Below, piece by piece: positions 32,117-40,900 of a stretch of 64,000 bases of DNA (position 1 is the stretch's first letter; each line of letters starts with the position of its first letter). A program made the translations under genes and the position numbers. Source of the stretch: an uncultured delta proteobacterium (lineage in GTDB: Bacteria; Desulfobacterota; RBG-13-43-22); assembly GCA_963843145.1 (NCBI GenBank), contig CAWJJC010000027.1, positions 160,001 through 224,000 on the forward strand, in the 5' to 3' direction. The notes below the pieces were generated by a model that saw only the letters and a list, made by a program, of their open reading frames with translations, searched no databases and was not told the DNA's origin.

Positions 32117-33808
32117 TTATAAAAGTTCTTTCAAACACCTGAGAAGTTCCTGGCCATGCGGGACCCCCCAACCTGTCACGGCATCAAAACCCCAGCAGGC
32201 TTTATAGGGTTCACAGTAATATTTTCCAGGGCCTGAAACTGCGTTATTCCCTTTTTTAATATCAACGAAGGCGGCGTTGCCGACTTGCTTACCGTTTTTC
32301 ATTTTTTTGTAGAGCATGGGAGTCAAGAATGGCAGCTTCTTGTCCGGGGGCAGCTTGGCTTTGATTCGAGCGATGAGCGCGGCCCAGACCGGTGCCGAAG
32401 CGCTCGTTTTGCCTTGCGGCCACGACTGCTGGAGAAAAACCAATTGATAATACGGCCAGCCAGCCAGGGCTGACACATCGGGCACCACGCGTTTCTTCCC
32501 TCTTGAGTAGTGGTTCGGATCAATATGACCAGTCTCCTGCCAAACCGGGCGATTGAATTTCCTGCAAACGCCGCCTCCGCTTGCGCTTCCCGGAAGCCTT
32601 TGTCCGTGCGGATCATCAGGGTCTTTTTTCGAATCTTCCCTCCAGGCGACCTCCTCTAAGGTGGATTTTTCCAACATGGTTCCGCCAACGGCCAACACGT
32701 ATGGGCTAGAGCTCGGAAAGTCGACGTGGTAACGGCCATCAGTAATTTGATTCCTCCAACCATCGTCCCCCGAGGCGACGCAGGTGGTGATGCCCTTCCT
32801 GCTTACCTGATTCAATAGGGCATCGATTTTAAAGATTTCGCCCTTTGACCATCGACGGTCATCCTCGGCATAACCCCAACTGATAGATAATACGACCGGG
32901 GTCGGCCTTGTATGGATCACCTTGGTGAGGAGATCGCACCAGCCCTTCTGTGTGTTTTTGGCAAAGAAGACCAAGATATTCGCCTTGGGACATAAGCCTG
33001 CGATGAGCTCCACATCCATCATCACCTCGAAAGTCATTAGCATTTTTTTTAATCGCAGCTCTGGATCTGGAATGCCGAGGATGTCCTTAAGCGTAAGGAC
33101 CTTGGCACCGGCCTTGGAACCGACCCGGATCAGCTTAATATTGGGAGCACGGGGAGGACGTTTATGTACGACATCCTTGAAATATTTAGTCAAGTCCTCT
33201 CTGAAATATCCCCCGCCAAATTGGGCGATCGCGATGGTCTGGCCCGCACCTTCCCCGAGGGGAAAATTATAATGGTTCGCGATCACCTTCGGTGTCCACG
33301 GTTCTGAAAGCACTTTTTTGCCAGTAGTTAAAGCGACACCTGACTTGGGAAATGCCATTTGTCGTTCGTCAAGCCCAAAGACCCCGGTCACGATTCCCTC
33401 GAGTTCCTTAGGGATTTTGAGCTTTCCCGCCCGGCCGCGATACAGGCCCTGAGTAGGCGATCGCTTCATCTCCCATTGAGGGTCAAAAGCTTTTTTCAAA
33501 TTCTCGGCAGTTCCGTTGACCTGCATGGTGCGCGTTAAGAGGGAGACCTTTTTTACTTTAAGTTTATACTTCTTCTCGAGCACTTCCTTTACCTTGTCGG
33601 CATCTGCCTCTTTGGCGCCAAATTTCTCCTTTAATTCCTTTGGGCTCATGATTCGGCCAGCAAATTCGTCCGGACCAGGAAGTTTCGGCCCCGATAATCC
33701 TATGGTTACGCTAATCTTCTCCCTGGGGTCGATATCGCCGACTTTTTTAGCGGTTGTATCCTTCCCGCGTTCGCTATCTTTTAGGTCCACAAGCGTATTC
33801 TTGGCCAT
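32117..33808 (-). CDS. S53 (sedolisin/kumamolisin-like) serine protease with pro-domain, no signal peptide
   Basis: EVMMD (catalytic E-x3-D), SISWG, ASGDDG, PSSSPYVLAVGGT, VPDVSALA, GKTSASAP (catalytic Ser), FDAVTGWGVP. Confidence 0.92.
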   Translation of the reverse strand: MAKNTLVDLKDSERGKDTTAKKVGDIDPREKISVTIGLSGPKLPGPDEFAGRIMSPKELKEKFGAKEADADKVKEVLEKKYKLKVKKVSLLTRTMQVNGTAENLKKAFDPQWEMKRSPTQGLYRGRAGKLKIPKELEGIVTGVFGLDERQMAFPKSGVALTTGKKVLSEPWTPKVIANHYNFPLGEGAGQTIAIAQFGGGYFREDLTKYFKDVVHKRPPRAPNIKLIRVGSKAGAKVLTLKDILGIPDPELRLKKMLMTFEVMMDVELIAGLCPKANILVFFAKNTQKGWCDLLTKVIHTRPTPVVLSISWGYAEDDRRWSKGEIFKIDALLNQVSRKGITTCVASGDDGWRNQITDGRYHVDFPSSSPYVLAVGGTMLEKSTLEEVAWREDSKKDPDDPHGQRLPGSASGGGVCRKFNRPVWQETGHIDPNHYSRGKKRVVPDVSALAGWPYYQLVFLQQSWPQGKTSASAPVWAALIARIKAKLPPDKKLPFLTPMLYKKMKNGKQVGNAAFVDIKKGNNAVSGPGKYYCEPYKACWGFDAVTGWGVPHGQELLRCLKELL

Positions 33809-33846
33809 GACAGATCTCCTCCTGTAACGGTCTTCCGTAGAAGCGT

Positions 33847-35184
33847 TTATTTTATGTATTTCGTATCGAAGCCCTCAGGTGACCGATTAACTTTCTCAAT
33901 AAATCTATTCCATTTTTCTTCATTAGTCATAAATTCTGCCACCTTGAGCAGGGTCGCTTTCGTAACGGCGCGAATTATGGTGCAAATACTTTCTCGTGGC
34001 GCGTTTAAAGATCCGCAGGCGGCAAAGGTATCTCCATAGCATGGGGAGCACAATTTCTTGGCCCAGCATTGGACACACTTGGGAAAGCTGTCCTTGGAAG
34101 TCTGACTCATCAGCGCTGTCACCCTCCTAAAGTACTCACCTGGAAAATCTCTGTCATAGACGCTTCCCATGTATAGACTTTTGCTCATGACCGTATGGCA
34201 AGGGAATACCTTCCCTGTGCAGTCTACCGTAATCCCCTGGCAACCGGCGTCACAGAAACGGGCTTTCCCCTTCCGGGATGTGAGGGTATTCAAAATATCA
34301 AGCCAATAAGGAATTCTTATCGGGGAATCGGTCAACCAACTATCCATAATCCTCTCGGTCGAAGAAATGTAGCTTTGTTCCAAATCGGATAATAAAGCCT
34401 GATCAAAATATTCATCCGGTGATCCCCCGATGGCAGGGGTTAAGGATATTTCCCGGGCTCCCAAATTAAGTAAAAATTCGTAGATCGATTCGACGGGCTC
34501 CTTACATTCCCTGTGATAGTCAGTGAATACGGCTTGTATCCCGAATGCAACACCCGCATTTCGAAGCAGGTCGATTTTCTTCTTGACTAAGTAATAGGTA
34601 CCTTTCCCTGACGACAATTTGCGCTGCCTGTCATTAATGTGCGGGGGGCCATCCAGACTGATACTCACCGAGAAATGATATTTTTTAAAAAATTCAATCA
34701 TTTTTTGATCGATTAAGGTTCCATTGGTGCTGATCGAGAAATCCGGCATCAGCCTTTGATGGGCCATACAGTATTTTTCACTGGCTCGTACAGCCTCCCT
34801 GATGGCAGCAAAACCGATTAAGGGCTCACCTCCAAAAAACACAAGGCTCTGGACTTCCGGTGCGGTTTTGAATACTTTCTCGATGGCAGCACGGGCAGTA
34901 GCCGGGCTCATGACTCTGCTCTCAGGATGCAAGTCCATGTAGGCCTCGGCAAAACAATAAGAGCATTTGATATTACACGTTTGCGCTACCAATAAAACGA
35001 GGCGAGTGATTTTCGCCGGATCGGCTTTGATTGGATCATCCCTAATTGACTCCTTTAATTGCTCTGAAATGGATACCTCATCAATCGATAGAGAATCGGC
35101 AACCCGAGCCGGCAACGGATACAGGGTGAATGATTCCGTACTGAAGGCGGCGGCATTGAGATTTGACTTGAGGATTTTAATCAC
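33847..35184 (-). CDS. Radical SAM/SPASM peptide maturase-like protein
   Basis: CNIKCSYC, FFGGEPL, TNGTL, ISLDG, SPASM C..G..FPC..CVQCWAKKLCSPC..C; likely start GTG 35184 after AAAGGAAG (ORF-track start 35250 lies in a hairpin). Confidence 0.9.
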   Translation of the reverse strand: MIKILKSNLNAAAFSTESFTLYPLPARVADSLSIDEVSISEQLKESIRDDPIKADPAKITRLVLLVAQTCNIKCSYCFAEAYMDLHPESRVMSPATARAAIEKVFKTAPEVQSLVFFGGEPLIGFAAIREAVRASEKYCMAHQRLMPDFSISTNGTLIDQKMIEFFKKYHFSVSISLDGPPHINDRQRKLSSGKGTYYLVKKKIDLLRNAGVAFGIQAVFTDYHRECKEPVESIYEFLLNLGAREISLTPAIGGSPDEYFDQALLSDLEQSYISSTERIMDSWLTDSPIRIPYWLDILNTLTSRKGKARFCDAGCQGITVDCTGKVFPCHTVMSKSLYMGSVYDRDFPGEYFRRVTALMSQTSKDSFPKCVQCWAKKLCSPCYGDTFAACGSLNAPRESICTIIRAVTKATLLKVAEFMTNEEKWNRFIEKVNRSPEGFDTKYIK

Positions 35185-35226
35185 AACAAGCTTCCTTTTT
35201 TCGGTCCCATCGAGCTTCAAAGGAAA

Positions 35227-35253
35227 TCGGTGGGGTTTAAGGAACCCCACCGA
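35227..35253 (-). terminator. Intrinsic terminator/stabilising hairpin between precursor and radical SAM genes
   Basis: Perfect 11-bp stem tcggtggggtt/aaccccaccga, 5-nt loop, followed on the minus strand by tttccttt. Confidence 0.6.
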
Positions 35254-35435
35254 CAGACTGCACTGCTGTGTGACCGGTAAAGACGCCGGTACATGGACAA
35301 GTGGCCTTCATTTTGCGCCCCCCCGCCGTTGAGTCGACACAGACAAATCCAGACTAATGATCGAAAGGGTCAAAGCAGTAAGGGTAACCGTTCTAATTTC
35401 CTTACCCAGAGTCTTGAATACTCCTTGTTGCCTTA

Positions 35436-35696
35436 TCAATAAACTTTTTGCCCTGAGGGGCAGGGTGGAGGAATTGGGCTCGGATTAGGATCAGGAACCT
35501 TCCAATTTTTCTTGGCGGTCAGTATATCCTTGCAATCGTTGTAAGGTATGTCCTTGTAGCCTTTTGCCTGGAAGAAATTGTAAAGTGTTGTTTGGCTCTT
35601 TTTTGACAAGAAATCTCTTACAAGTTTTGGTTTCTTTTCTGTATCAATAATGAAGTTTATAAAATCGCTTCTGTTTCTTTGGGTTATAGACGCCAT
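35436..35696 (-). CDS. Putative RiPP precursor peptide (Nif11-like helical leader, Pro-rich C-terminal core)
   Basis: 86 aa, AAAGGA RBS, lies between two radical SAM genes; DFINFIIDTEKKPKLVRDFL...FFQAKGY resembles a Nif11-type leader; tail WKVPDPNPSPIPPPCPSGQKVY. Confidence 0.6.
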   Translation of the reverse strand: MASITQRNRSDFINFIIDTEKKPKLVRDFLSKKSQTTLYNFFQAKGYKDIPYNDCKDILTAKKNWKVPDPNPSPIPPPCPSGQKVY

Positions 35697-35741
35697 TTTT
35701 CATCCTTTTCTTTTGGTTGAAGTTTTAAAGTTAAAAGTCGG

Positions 35742-35810
35742 TTAACTCAGGAAGATACCCATTTTTTGCCAACACCGTCGATACTTTTGTTTTTTTTCGT
35801 AACTCGTCAT
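35742..35810 (-). CDS. Possible 22-aa small ORF (MTSYEKKQKYRRCWQKMGIFLS)
   Basis: AAGGAGG Shine-Dalgarno directly upstream of ATG 35810; below the ORF-track cutoff. Confidence 0.3.
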   Translation of the reverse strand: MTSYEKKQKYRRCWQKMGIFLS

Positions 35811-35907
35811 ATCCCTCCTTTCTTTTCCGTAGTTTTTATCAGTGGCTGCTTACGGGCTATTCATAAAGTACGCCTAATAGGCAAGTCCAGGCCTCTAGTT
35901 CGTCCGG

Positions 35908-36973
35908 CTAGGTTCCCAAAATCGGTTGTCCCATGGCCAGACTATCCAGAACCCGACGGCAATAGGGTTTATCCGGGTAAAAGTCTCCATACCCTTGCGG
36001 GGGCCGAATCATTCCATTCTTCTTACAAAGTCGGACATATGGGCACGATGGACAGGTCGTATCATCCGGCGCAACGGTCATTCGATATCCCTCGGAAGCC
36101 AGTACTTTTTGAATCATACCGAACTTGTATCTGCCCAGGCTATTTCTGTTGGAGTGCACCACACTAATATGTCGGTTGGCCATGACAATCAGGCATCCCT
36201 CGCGGTAGAGGGGAGGGACCCGAGGGATCCAGGGCATCTTGAGCATCTGAGAAACGACATTGGCCAGAGGGTTCTTCTTCACAATGGCACGGAAACCGCC
36301 CACGTCCAGAAGCGCAACCATTCGCACCAGTCTCACGAAGTCTTCCGGTTCAAGAAGCTCTTCCGATAGGGCAAAGGCGCCATTCTCTGTCCTGATAAGC
36401 TGTATGAGAATTAGATAGTCAATACTTGGAAATCTCCTAAACAGATCATCAACGAAAAGAGGCAGCTCCAACAGCAGGCTTTTTGTAACTGTTGTGAAAA
36501 TGGTAAGATCAATTCCCCTATTGACCGCCTCCTCAATGCCCCGCATCGTCCTTCGATGGGATCCCTTTCCCCGTATGCGGTCATGCAAGGCTTCGGGGCC
36601 ATCTAGGCTGATGGACATCGAAAAAAAGCTGCCGTAGTCGGCGAATCTTTTGCTGATCTCTTCCGTAATGAGTGTTCCATTGGTATTCAGGAAGATTGTT
36701 TCGTCATCCGACTTTAAAGCCATGGTCCAGGGTCTCGAACAAGCCTTCCCAGAGCAGGGGCTCACCCCCTGTAATATGCAGGTGACGGTATCCGGCATCA
36801 TCTCCTTCGACTATTATCTCTTTGACCAAATTGACGGGGAGAGTAGAGCTTCTGGAGATACTAGAGCGGGCAAAACAGTGCACACAGGAGCCGTTGCATC
36901 GAGTGGTCACTTCTATAGAGAGTTTTTCTTGCCCCACTCCTCGACAGATTTCATCTGAAGTGGTCCCCTTCAT
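35908..36973 (-). CDS. Radical SAM protein (PqqE/NirJ/MftC-like) with reduced SPASM, split by a 1-nt insertion near 36705
   Basis: First part SIEVTTRCNGSCVHCFA, TGGEPLL; second part NTNGTLIT, SISLDGPEALHDRIRGKG, CPSCPYVRLC..PYC; TGATG overlap with the upstream gene. Confidence 0.82.
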
Positions 36974-37968
36974 CAGCGATTCTCCCCATTCCTCAACGGT
37001 TTCAAAAGGCAACGAAGCTCATCAGCGAAGCCTGCAAGACCGCAATAATCCGCCCTGGCTGCGGCTGATTCCAGCTCGCCGCATATCCTCTCCCTGATTT
37101 TATCGATCATCCCGTTGATCAGGATATAATTAAGAACCCTTCCGGCAGGGCCGCCCTTTCGGTTCACTTTTTCGTCCTTGACTCGGTCCCATTTTTTCCT
37201 GATGTCGTTGGGAAGACAGGTGTACAGGGAAGAATGGGTTCCCTTTATCAAATCCTTCTCGATGTCCTGCAGATCATCGAGCAGCCTCCAGGCAATGCCG
37301 AAGGAGGAATAGACCGTCTGAACAGATCGAGAAAATTCTTCATTACCGGCGATTCTTTTGGCCATCAGGACGGGGGCGATCAGCCAGGTGGCCATCTGTT
37401 TCTTAAAGAAATCGCAATAGCTATCCAGAGACTCCGTTTGATCAGATGTGTCAATGCTGGAATAATAATCTTCGATAAAATCATAAACAATTGCCGGCCC
37501 ATCTTCCACTCCCCTGGCCAGTCTCTCGAAGCCATGGTTCATGATCATCCAGGATTGGCTTCTTAAAAGGAGGGCCAGGTGTGAAACAGGCAATTGTCCA
37601 TCGGTAAGATGGTCGTCAAAAGCATGAAGGAACATGGCCATGGTATGACCGGTCTTTGCATCTTTAATAAATTTTGTGCCCAGTTTTTTGTTTCCCGGAC
37701 AGGACCGATGGAGCCAAAAAAGGATCGACCAGGCTGGCGCGTAGAAGTAGTTGACAAAACTAAGGCCGTCACTAAGGGAAGCATGCAGGTATTTCATCAA
37801 GAACAGGGTTGCCTTGGTCCGCATGGATTGAGGCAAGTATTCACAGAATGACAGGATTTCCCGATTCAGCTCTCCACGGAAGGTTTCTTCTTCTCGGGAG
37901 AGGCCCACAGCGCCAAAATCGATCCGGGAGCAGAATGACAACATATCGGCGATCCTGCCTCTCATCAA
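36973..37968 (-). CDS. Class I isoprenoid-synthase-fold protein (polyprenyl synthase/terpene synthase/ComQ-like)
   Basis: Two Asp-rich motifs, HAFDDHLTD and RLLDDLQDIEKDLIKG, in a predominantly helical-looking protein. Confidence 0.7.
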   Translation of the reverse strand: MMRGRIADMLSFCSRIDFGAVGLSREEETFRGELNREILSFCEYLPQSMRTKATLFLMKYLHASLSDGLSFVNYFYAPAWSILFWLHRSCPGNKKLGTKFIKDAKTGHTMAMFLHAFDDHLTDGQLPVSHLALLLRSQSWMIMNHGFERLARGVEDGPAIVYDFIEDYYSSIDTSDQTESLDSYCDFFKKQMATWLIAPVLMAKRIAGNEEFSRSVQTVYSSFGIAWRLLDDLQDIEKDLIKGTHSSLYTCLPNDIRKKWDRVKDEKVNRKGGPAGRVLNYILINGMIDKIRERICGELESAAARADYCGLAGFADELRCLLKPLRNGENR

Positions 37969-40900
37969 AAACCCCTCATCTCGACCAGTCGATCTATTTC
38001 TTCCAGATATGTTTCCATTTTCATTTCTTCATACCAGGCCCGTGCCTTCCCCAGATACGCCTCTCCCTTGATATTATCGAGCTTCTTATACTGGGCCTTT
38101 TCTTCGAGCAGGCATCTGCCAACCTCGAAGTAAAGCCTGGCCAGTTGAGGACGCGCCCCCAGGCGCTCCCCTTCCTGAACCGCTCTATGCCACCATCCGA
38201 GAGCTTTTTTGTGGTCATTGATCGTCCAGTAATAGGCTCCAGTAAGCCTGTACGAATCGGTCCGATGATAGGCCACTTTACGAGCAACCCTTCCCAGTGA
38301 TCTGATGGATTTGATGGCTTCCCTCTGGAATTTATCCATTTCCTCTCGATTTCCGCTTTTGGTTGATTCCCTCAAACAGTAGAGGTTATATTCCAGGTGA
38401 GTCTTAAAACAGTACGATATTTGAAAAGGGGCCGTTTCGGTTTGAACCCTAATTCTGTCGGCCTGTTCAAGGCACTCCTCCGCCTTATCGATTGCATTCA
38501 TCATGATGTGTATCCATGCCTGGAATGTATGGAACCCCCACCAAAAATTTGAATGTGCTTTTTGCCCAAAAGCAATTCCCTTTTCGCTCTCTATCAAAGC
38601 ATCATTGAGCTTCCCGGACTCGATCAGCAGCATCGTGCTAATCTCATATTTAAATACCTCGGAAAGACTATTCCCATAGACTTCGTAGAGATTTTGCAAT
38701 CTGTCCATGATCGCCCTGGCCTTGTCGAAGGAACCCTGGCAGATAGTGCCAAGGCCATGCCAGAACAAATATTGTGAGGCATTATAGATTTCTCCAATCC
38801 TGCAGTTCTTGTCTACGAGATCATCGTCATAATCCTTTAAGGCTTTCCAATTCCCCCCAAGGAAATGGTGTACCGTCTCGCAGACCTCATACATGGTGTA
38901 ATTCGTGACATCGCTTCGGCTGACGGTGTCGCTCAAAGCATTCAATGCCTTTTTGCTCAAGGCAAATGAAATTCCAGAATATGCAAACAAAGCGCTTGCC
39001 ATTACGAAGATCCCATAACCCTCTCGGAATTTTCGAAGATCGAAGGAACTGATGAACCTAAACAAATAGAAATATTCAATGAAAAATCTCTTGGCGTTGG
39101 TTAGGGATATGGAATTGATCTTTTTGGAGAACAGATCGACGATTTCGACATCTCGCTCCGTCGGCGTTTTCTTGAACTTCAGGAAGGGAAGGTGCAGGGA
39201 AACAAGAAAATGGGAAAAAGCCCACGAGAGCTTAATTAATTCAAAAACCGTGGCTTTAGGTAATTTCCCCCAGTAATAATCCAAGGTTTTGTCAAAATGC
39301 CTGATAGCCTCCTGGTGTTGCCCCCGGTTATATAAGGCCAGAGCAATGTTCTTTTCCAACATGGCCACCTTTTCGGGGTCAGCATTTTTGCCGGACTTTT
39401 TCAAATAGAGTTGGAGAGCTTCCTCATAATAATGCAGGGCCTCATCCGAGGCGGCTGATCGCAGGGCCTCCTCACCGGCCTTGATCAAGTATTCCTCGGC
39501 TTTCTCCAGACTCTCGGCCCGACAGTAATGATAGGCGAGCATGCCGTAGAACTCGTGAATTCGCTCGCTAAAGATTTTTTCTATGGACTGGGCCACTTTT
39601 TGGTGGATCTCTTTTCTCCTCTGGATCAGGATGGACTCATAGACCGCCTCTTGAGTTAAGGCGTGCGCAAAGAGATACTCTACCTCCTCCATTCGCTTCC
39701 TTTCCCTTATGAGCTGAATCTCCTTGAGGGCCTCGAGCCTGCTGTCGACCTTCTCGATGTGCCCGGCCACCGCGGTAAGGATCCGGTAGAAGAAGTTCCT
39801 GCCGATGACGGAGGCGATCCGGACCAGATTCTTTGTTCCTTCATCCAGCCGGTCGATACGGGCCATAATGAGGGCATGGATGCTCTGAGGAATGACGATA
39901 TCCTCGATCTTTTCCGTGACCCGGTATTCTCCCTTTTCCTGAACCACGGCCCTTTCAATGATCAAGGATCGCACTACTTCTTCAATAAAGAAGGGATTCC
40001 CTCCTGCTCTTTGGAGAATCTGCTCTCTCAGTAGATGGGGAAAACTTTTAATCTCGAGAAGATTATTGAGCAGTTGCCCACTCTCCGATTCTTTCAAGGG
40101 TTCCAGTTCGATCTTGGTCCAGTTGGTTGCATAGTTCTCCTGGATGAAGGCGATGATCCGCTCTCCGGTGTCGGTATAGCCGGGACGGAAGACTATAATA
40201 AAAAGAATCCGGCATTCTTCCACCAGGCGGAAGAGGGCCTTGAGAAGTTCTAGGGAACTCGTATCCACCCAGTGGAAGTCTTCCATATAGATCATCATTG
40301 GTCTGACTTCAGAGCCCCTAATGAGCAGCTCCCGCATGCTCCTAAAGATAAGCTTTTCTAAGGCCTCCCCTTCGATGCCCAGAACCCGCTGGGCGGATTT
40401 TTCGTTAAGCTTCATCCCCATGAGGGTAGCAATGAAGGGAAAGATCTCCCCGGCTTCCTCGGGATGAATGTCCCGAATGGCCCGCTCAAGTTTCCACTGG
40501 GCCTCTGCATCGGTGTCCTTGCCCCTGATCTGGGACCAATACTTCAAGGCGTCGACGATGGGATAAAAGCTTAGGCTTCTCCCCATGGAAATGGCACGAC
40601 CTTCGAGGAAGACGGTCTTTTTGACGGCTGCTGTTTGGCGCAGTTCGGCCAGAAGGCGGGACTTCCCGATCCCCGGCTCGCCGATGACGGTGATAATCCC
40701 TCCCTGACCATTGATGAGGCGAACGACCTGAAGCGATAGGAGATCCATTTCCTTCTCTCTTCCTACTAGAGGGGAATCAAAACCCACCGATCGCCTTGTT
40801 TTTTCCTTTTTCCCCACTACCCGATAAATCTTTACTGGTTCGGTCTTGCCTTTGACCCGAGCGGGGACGAGCGGTTCAAAATCAAAAAGCCAATCAGCCC

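Noticed and set aside
35237-35311. 24-aa ORF MKATCPCTGVFTGHTAVQSVGGVP downstream of the precursor
   Set aside because: No convincing RBS and it runs into the hairpin; probably chance, though worth a glance in homologous clusters
30907-37968. Calling the island a mycofactocin, PQQ or SCIFF locus
   Set aside because: The peptide lacks IDGMCGVY, ExxxY and six-Cys signatures, and MftB/D/E/F or PqqB/C/D genes are absent; only the terminal VY is shared
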